Notes under the pieces: generated by a model
Database searches by the model: none
Told to the model about the DNA's origin: nothing
What the model saw: the letters and a program-made list of their open reading frames with translations, nothing else
Assembly (NCBI GenBank): GCA_951406725.2
Contig: OX597820.1
Coordinates: 126,480,001 to 126,544,000, forward strand
Length of the DNA stretch: 64,000 bases
Origin: Octopus vulgaris
Lineage: Eukaryota
Direction of reading: 5' to 3'
Translations under genes and position numbers: made by a program
Shown: positions 51,346 through 64,000 of the stretch, one piece after another
Position numbering within the stretch: position 1 is the first letter of the stretch
Layout: each line of letters opens with the position of its first letter

Positions 51346-51932
51346 TCTTTCTCTATATATATATTATATATATTATTCTTAAGCAAGAATGTTGTTGACA
51401 GTCACTTCAAAGTTTTAGCCAACTAAGCTATCATCAGACTGCATGTGTGTATGTGTGTGTGAGCGAATGATTGTATGTGTATATATGTTGTCTTAAAACA
51501 GTGTCAGCATTTCTCAATCAATCTTTATATCCTTTCCAAAATTTGCATAGAAAATCAAATACCAGTTCTGAATAATGTATGAAAATTAAATAATTTTTTT
51601 TTAAAATATCAGACCCAAAATCTCACAAGAGTAAAACATGGAAGACTCAAGAAAAGGACTTGTGAAAGACTGATACCAGTGAAATGGTAGAAGAGTTGGT
51701 GTGGTAACATGAGGTACAGAAACACTATCAGTTTATGTAATCTAAAACCTCATTCACTTGTTTTACACTTTCAATTTTCTTCAACACCGCCTTCTCTCTC
51801 TGGAAAATATTCACAATTTTCTCCAAGACATTTCCAGCATTAGATGTAGTCAGATAAGAGTTCCTGTCACCTCATCCAACTACTGGTAGTATAGTTAACA
51901 AAAATGATGATACTGATGATGTTAATCATTAT

Positions 51933-52201
51933 CAGTGGTTTTCAACTATATTTTGCCTATGGACCCCTTGATTACAATTTTGCTGCACTGGACCCCCATC
52001 GCTATTGAATGTTCTAAAAAAGGTCCTATTATATTTTTATAATTAAATATTATTAGGAATTGTATTTTAAAAAATTGTTAAAATATTTTGTGTATTATAG
52101 ATGTAAAAGCAATTTATTTGCACATAAATTTCAACAACAAAATTTTATATGCCCCCCCCCCCACTCCCCTAAGGGCCATGAACCCTAGTTGAGAACCAGT
52201 G
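51933..52201. mobile_element. hAT-type MITE
   Basis: CAGTGGTTTTCAACT...AGTTGAGAACCAGTG; exact 8-bp TSD ATCATTAT. Confidence 0.85.
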
Positions 52202-52536
52202 ATCATTATGATGATAAACGTGAAGATTATGAAGATGCGGAGGAAGAGGAGGCAGAGAGTAAGATACTACCAGTAACAAAGGTGATAGCTACCAAGGCAG
52301 TGCACTGTGGGGTTTTTTTTTGTTTTGTATGAGATTGATATTGATAAATTATATACAAAGCTTAAGTCTTTCGGTATCGATTCTTGTATTGGTGATGTTC
52401 TTTTCTGCATTGCTATCATCGTCATCACCACCACCACAGCCATCATCATCACTAGTATTGTCTTAATGGTATATCTGTGTATATATACAAATGCAATATA
52501 TATGCATATAAATATATATATATAGATATTATATTC

Positions 52537-52584
<48 letters not shown>

Positions 52585-52686
52585 ATATGTATAAGGTTAC
52601 TGATAATGGTTCTTTTAACATACCAAACTACTTGGTAAAATTATTAATTATTAATTGATTAATTAATTTTACCCTTTTTATTATTG

Positions 52687-52725
<39 letters not shown>

Positions 52726-52762
52726 TTATATATATGCATAAACATACATATATGCATGTACC

Positions 52763-52822
<60 letters not shown>

Positions 52823-55485
52823 GGTGTCTGTAGTAAACATTCAAGAACTCAATACCCACCTGATGAGAAATGTGTGTGTGTGTGTTTGCAAAGCTTCAAT
52901 CCATTGAAAAATCAATGAGTGTGAAATCAGTGTATTGATTCAATTGTATAGGGACCACTAAATACATGGACACACAGACACACATGCATACAAACACACA
53001 CACATACTCACACACACATGAACCTTTGATAAATCTTATGAAGCTTTATTTATGTTGCTTTGTGTAATCAACAGTTCAGTGTTTGATATATTTTCTTTGT
53101 TTCTCTTTCTTTTACAAAGTAAGAGTTATGAGGTAAGCTTTTTCCATTTTTCCATCATTAGGGCAGTAAACTGGAAGAATCTGGCTAGAGCTTCAGACAA
53201 AACAGCTTTGTAGTACTTATTTTCAGTGCTTTATGTTCTGAGTTCAAATCCCAGCTTGAGTTAGAAATTATTATTTTCTTTCATAAATCTTACCATCATC
53301 ATCATCATCATATAATGACTATTTTCCATGCTAGCAATGGTTTGACCAGAGCTTGTAAGGCCAGGGGCTGCACCAGATTCCATTGTCTGTTCTGGCATGG
53401 TTTCTTTGGTTGAATGCCCTTCCTAATGCCACCCACTGCACAGAGTGTACTGGGTGCTTTTTATGTAACACCAGCTTGTTGTGATAAATAAATGAATAAT
53501 TATTGTTAGTATTGTGATTTTTGTCTCTGCCTTTTATATTCTAAATTCAAATCCTGTTGTGGCTAATTTTGCTGTCAGTTAGATTTTATTAATCTCTTTC
53601 ATACACTTATCTATAATAATAAATGTGAAATTCTGTCTGTCCATCTGTCCTGGACCCCTGTATATCAGTCTACATTTACTCTGCATAGACATATTATACC
53701 TTTTTGGAATCAGGATGATCCTGGGATTGAAAATCTGCCCTTCATTTGGTTCTTGAACATCCTGCGTTGGGATCAAGCCTGGATGAGGATTTGTTATATG
53801 CCAACTGTTGAAAATTCAAATTTTAAAAGAACTCTAAAAATATGTGGACTTACAAATTTTCAAGCTGAATTTAAAGTAATACCATATTGGTAGGGTACCA
53901 ATAAATACTTTATTATTATTGCTCCCTTTAGTTTTCTGCTGCAGACCCAATTAGCCCCCTGCAGGTGCTAGCCTGAAAGTCTGCAGAGAGTGCAGCTTTT
54001 GATCTAGGGATAAATAAATTCATGATTTTGTGGTTTTTGTCTCTGCTTTCACATTCTGAGTTAAAATGCCACCAAGGTTATCTTTACTTTCCATTCATCC
54101 AGGATCAAGAAAATGAAGTACCAGTAAAATACTGTGGTTGATTTAATCAACTAAATCTCTCCTTACAAATTTCACATATTGTGTCTGTATTACAGCGCAT
54201 TGCAAAAAGAAACTCCCATTCACCGTTCTTGATAAACATTTCAACAGCTAACACATGGTGTTCATCAATATTAACCATAATGGTAATTGAAAATAGACAA
54301 ACAAATAAAGGTTACCTTCATGAAGACAGCATACCTAACCTCACTGGAACCATTCTATGGAAGGTTTTTTTCACTCACACTCTGTTGAAACATGGAAGAG
54401 GGAAACCCAGGAAGACATAGGATGAAGTATCAAAGGCTGATCTCAAACTGCTGAGCCTTATGCAGAAAATGACAGAGGACTGATATACGTGGTGCATTGT
54501 TGTACACTAGAAGACCCACCCACCACAGCAGAATTGAGATCCTAAAACCAAGGTGCCATGTGAAAAGCACCCAGTACACTCTGTAAAGTGGTTGGTATTA
54601 GGAAGGACATCTAGCTTTAGAAACCAAGCCAAAACAGACTGAGGGACCTGGTGCAGCCCCTGCATACATGCAATAATTATAATTTAGCTTTTATCAAATG
54701 AATACTAATTTTCAAAAAGACAAATATCTTAAAATAAAATTAAACAAAACATATTTCTTATTTGCATATTTACAATAAATATTCATTATTATTTTTATAA
54801 ATTTTATCAACATAATTACAATCTGCTCCACGAAAACCTAACTCAGCAAAAATTCATTAAAAACATGGGTTTATTTGTTTTTTGTCTTTTTGTCTTTTCA
54901 GAAATTTATAAAACATTCATCCTTCCCCTCTCTCCGTATCCCTCTTATACTCTTTTCCCCCTTTCTCTCTATATAATATAAGCATGACTAGAGAAATCAA
55001 TCAACCAAAGAATCAAATTCATATTGGCTGTTATTATTATACTGTTATTATATAGCGCTTAATATATTTTCCAACATTTTTCTGCAAGTTTCTACTGAAT
55101 TGCCAAGTGCCCCTTTATGCTCTTGAGATGCAAGTAGCATTGCCTTTTAGTGATGTGTACTTGTGTGGGATTTAGCTAGTTGTTTCAAGTGTCATTGTTA
55201 AAGTCTCTTTTGCTGGGTAAATACCAAGGCAGGATTTGAACTCAGAATGCAAAACGCCAGAACAAATAATGCAAGGTATCCTGACCAACGTTAATGAATC
55301 CACCAGTCCACTACTCCAGACGGCTATGTTATCAACTTCAGAAAGATGCAAGTGCAAAGTTCACATCAGCAGGATTTGAGTCAAGAATGCAAGGATTTAG
55401 ATTAAATGACCATTACCATGTCTCACAAACTTAGTGGAATGACAAGCAAAGTCAAGACCAGAGTGAGTGATGTTATGATGTTAAA

Positions 55486-55703
55486 TCTATTATATAAAAT
55501 CCGTTCTGTCTGTGTGTGTGTCTTCTAGGATCTCAGGCATCCTCCATCCGATTGTGCTCAAATTTGATATGTAGATACCGACGGTATCAGGGCGTGTATA
55601 AGTCTTGAAAAAATTACAAAAATCGATTCCAGGTGAGAATATGATCGATAAAGCCGTGGGAACGTGCATTTGTATGCGCAAGTACATCAACTGTTGCCAC
55701 TAG
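55486..55703 (+). mobile_element. possible non-autonomous Helitron-like element (similar start at ~53610-53971)
   Basis: A|TCTAT(T/A)ATA..AAA..TTCTGTCTGT start shared by both loci; candidate CTAG ends; no convincing 3' hairpin. Confidence 0.3.
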
Positions 55704-56611
55704 CTTTTCTATGCCCTTGAACATCCCGTAAAGTAAGTTAGCTTAAAATTAGTTACTTAGTTCCCTAGGTTGTTGCTTTTCATCAAAAATTACCCCAAGT
55801 TGATTTCCTACATACTTTATCGGATAATTCTATTATTGTCCCAAGTACGTTCTCATAAATTCCTCATGCTTTTCCATCTAGAATTACCTCCAGCTAACCT
55901 ATTTGCAGGCATCGTTTTTGTCCTGCTTTTCTTCCGTCAACCTGTACATAACTGCACCTTCCATTTTTTGTTGTTTTTGTACTGCTTAAAGGCACATTTC
56001 TTTCCTGCCAAGCTTACTGTTTAAACCATGTCTGTGTTCTCCCAGTCAACAGACTTATCATTACTGGTATTTTAAACTCTCCGGTTGCATATTTGTGTGA
56101 ATAAAATCGTTTTTCTTTGGAATAGAAAAACAGTCTATCTTTATTTCTTCTTTTGCTGGTGTCTCAAATTTAGGTTAAATCAGTGTTTCTCTAAGAAGAG
56201 GCTTATGGGACAGTCGGACAAGTTGTTTTGAGAAAATTTGGTTTAAATGTTTGACAACTCAGCACCAACCATTGGACGGAGGTGGGTGGGGCGTTGTGCT
56301 TGTGATACTATAAAGAGACAGAACTAAGTGTGTTTAATCCAAATTACTTTTGGTTCTTCTACATCATAACCTTTATTTCTGTTATAATGCTTTTTCTCTC
56401 GACATAAACATGGATTGAGTTAAGGAGTTTGCTTTCTAACCACATGGTATTTTCAGGTTCAATCTCACTGCACACAACTTGGATAAACGTCATCTATTAT
56501 AGACATTTATTTTATGTTGTTTCATATTATATATGTAAGCTTGTTTGGTAGGATGGATACTAGGTATGGGCAGGTGTGTGAACACTTAAGCCTATGCTGG
56601 GGCATCTGAGT

Positions 56612-56936
56612 GAAGGCGCATGGCTTAGTGGGTTAGGGCATTCGGCTGACGATTGTAAGGACGTGAGTTCGATTCCCGGCGATGCGTTGTGTCCTTGAGC
56701 AAGACACTTTATTTCACGTTGCTCCAGTCCACTCAGCTGGCAAAAATGAGTTGTACCTGTATTTCAAAGGGCCAGCCTTGTCACAATCTGTGTCATGCTG
56801 AATCTCCCTGAGAACTACGTTAAGGGTACTCGTGTCTGTGGATTGCTCAGTCACTTACACGTTAATTCCACGAGCAAGCTGTTCCATTGATCGTATCAGC
56901 TGGGACCCTCGTCGTCGTAACCGACGGAGTGCTCCT
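56612..56936 (+). mobile_element. tRNA-derived SINE (related ~63155-63365, ~63420-63645, ~4885-5040)
   Basis: tggcttagtgg..gagttcgattcc head, gtgtccttgagcaagacactt core. Confidence 0.7.
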
Positions 56937-57571
56937 TGATGCTGGGGCATTTATACATCTGTGTGTTCATTTGCGTCTGCTTGTGGATAAATACTTTCCC
57001 CTTACAAATAGGTTCAGTAAAGTTTTTAGTAGGTTCATCTTTAACTGTGACCTAGTATAAAAAAGATATTGGATGGACCGATACCTGAAATAGAGGCAGG
57101 ATGCAGTAGTCATATTTTTTCCATACCTTGCAGCTTTGACAAGCATGTGGTACAACTTAACTAGGCTGTTACTGAACATCCAGTTTAATACCCAGTGCAA
57201 AATCAATTGGTACGACTGGCCGTAAGGATCTATAATACTGTACTCTTTGTTTAATATATGCACTCTGTTGGCAAGTACACAAGTGTATAGTGATTTATGG
57301 ATTCTTAGACAACTACATATATATATTTAATCATATCAAAGGGAAATGGAAATGAATTAAAATTTACATTTCCAGTGTCTAACGTGTAAAAAATTTAGTC
57401 AGAAAGACAATATATAAGTCATACGATATAGTGTATATTTAAACACATAAGGAATCCACTTATAGGAATTCAACACGCTAGAAAGAACAGCTAGGTTCTA
57501 TAACCACAAAAATTAGGGATAAAATTCGACAGGAATAAATTGAAAAATGTAAAACATTTTACCATCTAGTT

Positions 57572-57645
57572 TCCTGGACCAATTGGTTTCTAATCTTAGT
57601 TTAGCAAGTCAAGGAACTCGCTAGGTGTGATCTTCTTCAGCAGGA
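57572..57645 (-). ncRNA. type I hammerhead motif
   Basis: Minus strand TCCTG-CTGAAGA-agatc..tagcgagt..acttgcta..gatta-GAAA-CCAATTGG-TC-CAGGA; A-A mismatch at base of stem II. Confidence 0.7.
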
Positions 57646-57692
57646 CCACCTAGGGTTAAACGCAGGACGATCAAAACTACTTATATATATAT

Positions 57693-57753
<61 letters not shown>

Positions 57754-57758
<5 letters not shown>

Positions 57759-58967
57759 GGTTTTTTTATACTTCTTTTATTTTTCAAAATTAAGATTAAG
57801 TTCTTTTTTAATCTAAAATATACTCTCTTTCCTTTTCAACAATGCTCTTCCATCTATCTGGTAGACTTGCGAGGCCCCTCTTCCAAAATTCACTTGTCTG
57901 TGACAAAAAATATTCCTCCAGTACTGTTCTGACCTCGTCTACAGAATTCATATTTTTTCCATTCAAATGATTTTGAAGACTGCAGAATAAATGACAATTA
58001 GATCGGGCAATGTCTGGCAAATATGGTGGGCGGAGCATCATTTTCCCATCCAAACTGCTCTAGCCTTTGGAATGTCATCCTCACTGTATGAAGCCAAGCA
58101 TTATCCTGATGGAAGAACACCTTTCGTCTTGAAACCAAAGATTGTCATTTTGCCTCAAATGCAGACTTAAGCAACTCAAGCTACTCACAGTAGATCTCCT
58201 TTGTTATTGGCTGGTTTGGGTTTAGAAGTTCAAAGTGGACTAAACCTTTTATACCCCACCAAACTAGATAACAACACCTTACATGGGTGAAGACCTTCTT
58301 TAGCCTGGGGTGCCAGTGTTTCTCTTTTCCCTATCCACTGTCTTTGACACTTGACATTTTTATAGAGAACCCATTTCTCATTACCAGTAACTATTCAGTC
58401 CAAAAAAGGTTCATTCGTGAGACATGACAGCAAAGAAAAGCACACATTCACTCTCTGCATGCTATTAGACATAGGTGTCAATGAATGGTTAAATGACCAA
58501 ATCAAATGCTTCTCTATTAGTTTCTCAACAGTTATGATGAGATTTTGTTCCATCAGGGTTCACAGGACATCCTTGTCAAGCTCTACAGATCTTCCAGGAT
58601 GAGGCTCATCTTCTAGGTGGTAGTTTCTGGCTCAGAAGTTCTGGAACCACCGTTGACACTGGCTTGTGCTTATTGCCTGATCCCCATACACTGCATTAAT
58701 ATCCCTTGCATTTCCCATTGTGTTGTTGCCTTTATTGAACCCTTAAAGCAAAATATGCTGGATATGCTCCTTTGTCACTTCCATTATAGTTTTGAAAAAA
58801 TAACTGTTAAAATCGAACTGCACTCTTCAAAACTTACACTAAGAATAAGTACAAGGTGAAATTACTACCTGCTTCTACAGTAAGGCGATGCAGGTAGTTT
58901 ATCCCATCCTCCTCTGACTTTCATTTCATGCAATTGAAAAAACTGCATTATTTATGGGATGACCCAA
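57754..58967 (-). mobile_element. mariner element, decayed
   Basis: Minus-strand VTGNEKWV, FHQDNA, PPYLPDIARSNCHLFCSLQNHL; TIR ttgggtcatcccataaataatgcagtttttt at right end; left TIR eroded next to (TA)n. Confidence 0.85.
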
Positions 58968-58971
58968 TATA

Positions 58972-59850
58972 CATGGTCTGATCTTTATGTATCTGGATTG
59001 TTTCTATACTAACATAGCCAAAGCACGCAGAGTGAAGCTGCTTGGCACAGGTTGACCTTAAACTCTGTTGTGCATGAATACTAAGTTTTAATGTTCTAGC
59101 TTGCTTCCGCTATTTACAGCAGTGATTAGAAGGTAGGCATGTAGCGTATAATTGTCTCATTGGCCATGACAGATAAAGGTGAGCAGAGAATCTGCATAAA
59201 ATTTTGCAAAAGCTTGGCAATACCAGCTCAGAGGCCTATGCAAAGTTTTCAAAAAGTTTACATCGTTCTTGACACAATTAAGATTTTGTGCAACTGAAAC
59301 CCAAATGTCTTTTTGGTCAGCTGAAAGCAGTTATGGCACAAAATTGGCAGAAACATGTCTCATACCCAAATCTTCTGTGATAAGGGACCAAACTGTGTCT
59401 AATCTTCACATCTGATAACTCACAGATGGTGATTCAATGATTCCCCTCACAGCTGCATGCACATCTGGATGTCTTTCTCAGTTCAGCTGGTTGCCGGTCT
59501 CCCAGAACATTCGTCAGTAGTGACATTTTCGACCATCTTGGAAATGTCTAACCCACTCAGATACTTGTGTACGGCTCATGCACTCCTCTCCATACACTTT
59601 CTGCAACTTTGCATAGGCGTCTGAGCAGGTATCACCATGACAACTTTCTCTGTCATGGTCAATGCAACAATCACATGCTACACACCTTCCTTCCAAGCTC
59701 TGCTGTAAACAGCGGAAGCAAGCTAGAATGTTTAAACTTTGTGCACATTTACAGCAGAGTTTAAAGTCAATCTTTGCCAAATGGCTTTACTCTACATGCT
59801 TTAGCTTCGTTACTATGGCAACACTCCAGATACATATTGATCAAACGTTG
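58972..59850. mobile_element. fold-back mariner derivative made of two opposed 5' ends
   Basis: TA-flanked long inverted ends; + strand MTDKGEQRICIKFC; - strand MTEK..GDTCSDAYAKLQKVYGEECMSRTQVSEWVRHFQDGR. Confidence 0.75.
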
Positions 59851-59898
59851 TACATACACACATATATGCACACATACACACACACATGCACACACACA

Positions 59899-60020
59899 TA
59901 TTATTCTTATATTAGAATGTTGTTGATAGTAACTTCAAAATTCCAGCCAGCTTAGCCATCATCAGATTGCTAGCTGAAACTTCGAAGTCACTATCAGCAA
60001 CATTCTAGTATAAGAATAAT
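59899..60020. repeat. inverted repeat with hammerhead half-motifs (Penelope-like)
   Basis: ~52-bp arms; GAAACTTCGAAGTC on + and CTGATGA on -; related degenerate copy at ~51384-51442 (-). Confidence 0.6.
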
Positions 60021-60107
60021 AAATTTGTACACCACAAACATATAGAGTAACCCGTCAGATTAAAGTAAAACTATTTTTATTATAACTGAATGTAAAAACA
60101 AACATTA

Positions 60108-60150
<43 letters not shown>

Positions 60151-60196
60151 TGTGTGAATAGAAATAGAAAGTCTTTGGTGCAGTATTATAATTTGA

Positions 60197-60350
60197 GAAA
60201 ATGAATAGAAATGGTTTTCCTGATAATTTTTCCACTTTAGTAATTAGACGTTTATGAATTATTAGGTGTTTACAAATCATTTAATAATTTATAAACGTCT
60301 AATTATTAAAGTGGAAAAATTATCAGAAAAGCCATTTCTATTTATTGTTT
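60197..60350. repeat. ~67-bp imperfect inverted repeat
   Basis: tagaaatgg..tgataatttttccacttta..taattagacgtttat mirrored at 60283-60350. Confidence 0.75.
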
Positions 60351-60379
60351 CAAATACATCTATATTCTTTCTTATTTTT

Positions 60380-60797
60380 TTTATTTTAGCGTCCGAATTC
60401 CATGCTAGCATGGGTTAAATAGTTTGATTGGAACTGGTAAGACAGAGAGCTGTACCAGGCTCCAGTCTGATTTTGGCTTAGTTTCTAAAGCTGGATGCCC
60501 TCCCTAGAGCCAACCACCCCAAGAGTATAGCGAGCACCTTTCACATGTCACGGTATGGGTGTGTTTTATGTGTCACCAGCACTGTCCGTGATTATGATTT
60601 CACTTGGCCTGGCAAGTCTTCTCGAGCACAGCAAACTGCCAAAGGTCTCAGTCCTTTGTCATCGCCTCTGTGAGACCCAACGTCAAAAGATCATGCTTCA
60701 CCACCACATCTCATGTCTTCCTGGATCTACTTCTTCCACAGGTTCCCTCCATAGTTAGGGATTGGCACTTCTTTATGCAGCTGCCCTCATCCATACA
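60380..60797 (-). mobile_element. RTE-type LINE 3' fragment
   Basis: Same 3' end plus GTCGRSRSRKT remnant. Confidence 0.7.
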
Positions 60798-61312
60798 GCT
60801 GCATAAAAGAACACTGATCCCTAACTGTGGAGGAAACATATATATATATATACTCTTACTCTTTTACTCTTTTACTTGTTTCAGTCATTTGACTGTGGCC
60901 ATGCAGGAGCACCACCTTTAGTGGAGCAAATCAACCACAGGATTTATTCTTTGTAAGCCTAGTACTTATTCTATCGGTCTCTTTTGCCGAACGGCTAAGT
61001 TACGGGGACGTAAACACACCAGCATCGGTTGTCAAGCAATGTTGGGGGGACAAACACAGACACACAAACATATACCAACACACACATACATATATATATG
61101 TATACATATATACGACAGGCTTCTTTCAGTTTCTGTCTACCAAATCCACTCACAAGGCTTTGGTCGGCCCGAGGTTATAGTAGAAGACACTTGACCAAGG
61201 TGCCACGCAGTGGGACTGAACCTGGAACCATGTGGTTAGTAAGCAAGTCACTTACCACACAGCCACTCCTATGCCTAGCTACTTACCACACAGCCACTCC
61301 TACGCCTACATA

Positions 61313-61543
61313 TATATAAATACAATGTACATTTAAACACATAAGAAGCATCCATCATAGGACTCCTTGCACGCTAGAGAGAGCAGTTAAATTCCAAACC
61401 ACTAGATGATAAATGTTTTTATTTTTCATTCCCTTCGAAATTTTATCCTTAATAGTGGTTTGGAATTTAACTGTTCTCTCTAGCATGCAAGGAGTCCTAT
61501 GATAGATCGCTCTTATATATTTAAATGTACACTGTATTTATAT
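61313..61543. repeat. ~90-bp imperfect inverted repeat, related to hammerhead-bearing element at ~57330-57680
   Basis: Arms 61313-61404 / 61453-61543; shares atttaaacacataag..ataggA..cacgctaga with 57437-57490. Confidence 0.75.
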
Positions 61544-61639
61544 GAATAATATATAGACTATTGACTAAATTTTTACACGCTAGGCCACTGGTAATGGAAA
61601 TTTCTAATATTTCCGATTACCCTTTGATATTATTAATTA

Positions 61640-61679
<40 letters not shown>

Positions 61680-62435
61680 CAACCACATAGTTCCGGGTTC
61701 AGTCCCACTGCGTGGCATCTTGGGCAAGTGTCTTCTGCTATAGCCCCAGGCCGACCAATGCCTTGTGAGTGGATTTGGTAGACGGAAACTGAAAGAAGCC
61801 TGTCGTATATATGTATATATATGTATATGTGTGTGTGTTTGTGTGTCTGGGTTTGTCCCCCTAGCATTGCTTGACAACCGATGCTGGTGTGTTTACGTCC
61901 CCGTCACTTAGCAGTTCGGCAAAAGAGATAGAATAAGTACTGGGCTTACAAAGAATAAGTCCCTGGGTCAATTTGCTCGACTAAAGGCGGTACTCCAGCA
62001 TGGCCGCAGTCAAATGACTGAAACAAGTAAAAGAGTAAAAGAGAGAGTATAGGAATATATATAATATGTCAGTATACATGTGTGTGTATGCATACATATG
62101 TGTATGTATGATTGTAATTCCTTGTCTGGCATTATGCAGACATGCAGTAGTTGTAAACAGAAGTGGTTGTTGCAATGTTGTTACCAGTTCGAATAGGCCA
62201 GTGGTGCATTCGAACTTGTAAACGAACTATTCAATGTGTTTTGCCATGGAGAAAATTTCTCACTGTAGATAAATGAAATACTTCTGACCTTTCATGAAAA
62301 CATTCCTAGCCATGAGGGAAATATAGCTGGCATGGAAACAGGTGAAGGCAGGTGACAAGAAAAGCAGCAAGACATAAAATAACCTGCCTCAAAGAATTTC
62401 CTCTTACCTATGCAAGCAATGTAAGAAGTGAAAAA

Positions 62436-62504
<69 letters not shown>

Positions 62505-62564
62505 ATGTGTGTATGTGTGGAGGCACATGGGTTAGTGGTTAGGGTATTTGGATCATAAGGTTAT

Positions 62565-63115
62565 CATCATAATCATCATCGTTTAACATCCGTTTTCCAT
62601 GCTAGCATGGGTTGGACGGTTCAACTGGGGTCTGGGAAGCCAGGAGGCTGCACCAGGCTCCAGTCTGATCTGGCAGTGTTTCTACAGCTGGATGCCCTTC
62701 TTAACGCCAACCACTCCGAGAGTTTAGTGGGTGCTTTTTATGTGCCACCAGCACAGGTGCCAGGCGAGGCTGGCAACGGCCAGTCAGGGCGGCGCTGGCA
62801 ACGGCCACATTCAGATTGTTCATTTACATGCCACTGGCACTGGTATCACAGCTACAATTTCCATTAATTTTTTATTGATTTCAATTTCGATTTCACTTGC
62901 CTCAACAGGTTTTCACAAGCAGAGTTTTGTGTCCCAAGAAGGAATGGTATGCATAAGTGGACTGGCTACATCCCAGATAGAAGGCATGGGTTATGGTCTC
63001 ACTTGTCCTGCTGGGTCTTCTCATGCACAGCATACTTCCAAAGGTCTCGGTCACTTGTCATAGCCTCTGTGAGACCAAATGTTCGAAGGTCGTGCTTCAC
63101 CACCTTGTCCCAGGT
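62565..63115 (-). mobile_element. RTE-type LINE 3' fragment
   Basis: Homologous to 40627-40860 and 41520-41635. Confidence 0.8.
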
Positions 63116-63651
63116 TTATGAGTTCGAATACTGGCAGTGTGTTGTCTCCTTGGGGGAAGCACATAGCTTGGCCGTTAGGGTGTTGGACTCATGATCATAA
63201 GACTGTGGTTTCAATTCCTGGACTGGGCAACACGTGTTCCTGAGCAAAACACTTCATTTCACATTAGTCTTGTCTACTCAACTGGCAAAAATGAGTAATC
63301 CTGTGATACACTGGTGTCCTGTCTGGGTGGGGAATATATACACCATGAAACCATCCCTTATGAGTCAGCGTGACTCAGGAAGGTAACTTTACTTTTTACT
63401 CATTGTCCCCTTGACTAAGAAAATTTTTTTCACATTGCTCCAGTTCGTTCAGTTGGTAATAATGAGTAGTACCTGTGATTCAAAGGGCCATTCCTATCAA
63501 TCTCTGTGTCATGTTGAATCTCCCTGAGAACTATGTTAAGGGTAAGCATATCTGTGGAGCGCTCAGCCACTTGCACGTTAACTTCATGAGCAGGCTGTTC
63601 CGTTGATCAGATCAACTGAAACTCACGTTGTTGTAACCAACAGTGTCAGTA

Positions 63652-63724
<73 letters not shown>

Positions 63725-64000
63725 TGCATGTGTGCGTTTCTGAGTGTGTATGTGTGGTATATGTGATTGCAGCAAGCTGGCAGAAACGTTAGCACGCTGG
63801 GAAAAATGCTTAACAGTATTTCGTCTGTCGTTACGCTCTGAGTTCAAATTCCACTGAGGTCGGCTTTGCCTTTCATCCTTTCAGGGTCGATAAATAAAGT
63901 ACCAGTTTTGCACTGGAGTCGATGTAATCGACTTAATCCATTTGTCTGTCCTTGTTTGTCCCTTCTATGTTTAGCCCCTTGTGGATAGTAAAGAAATATA

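Noticed and set aside
52856-52900. CTGATGAGAAA hammerhead-like core
   Set aside because: No stem II/GAAA/helix III arrangement; runs into (TG)n.
31400-64000. A second host gene downstream of DNMT2
   Set aside because: No exon with both splice signals and recognisable non-TE protein similarity was found by eye; small exons could have been missed.

Overview
AT-rich, microsatellite-dense eukaryotic (animal) genomic DNA. The SINE/LINE repertoire looks like that of an octopus (inferred from recognition, not verified). The one supportable host gene is DNMT2/TRDMT1 (tRNA-Asp C38 methyltransferase) on the + strand. Seven GT-AG exons between 3070 and 30918 splice into one 1071-nt frame (356 aa + stop); the N-terminal motif-I exons lie upstream of the window. 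The rest is transposon debris: three SINE families, RTE/CR1/R4-type LINE fragments, mariner, hAT and TTAA-specific (piggyBac-like) elements, and many Penelope-like remnants. The most striking signal is about ten type-I hammerhead ribozyme motifs with palindromic helix III, plus a few degenerate ones. These include a near-pristine three-ribozyme cassette at 49251-50588 (583-nt cleavage-to-cleavage unit, retrozyme-like), cores with compensated U3-A8 and G3-C8 pairs, and sense-strand copies inside DNMT2 introns. An out-of-order, stop-containing duplicate of a DNMT2 splice acceptor/exon start sits at 16790-16976. Repeat boundaries are read by eye and approximate unless a TSD/TIR is quoted. Nearly all ORFs in the supplied track are microsatellite or repeat artefacts.
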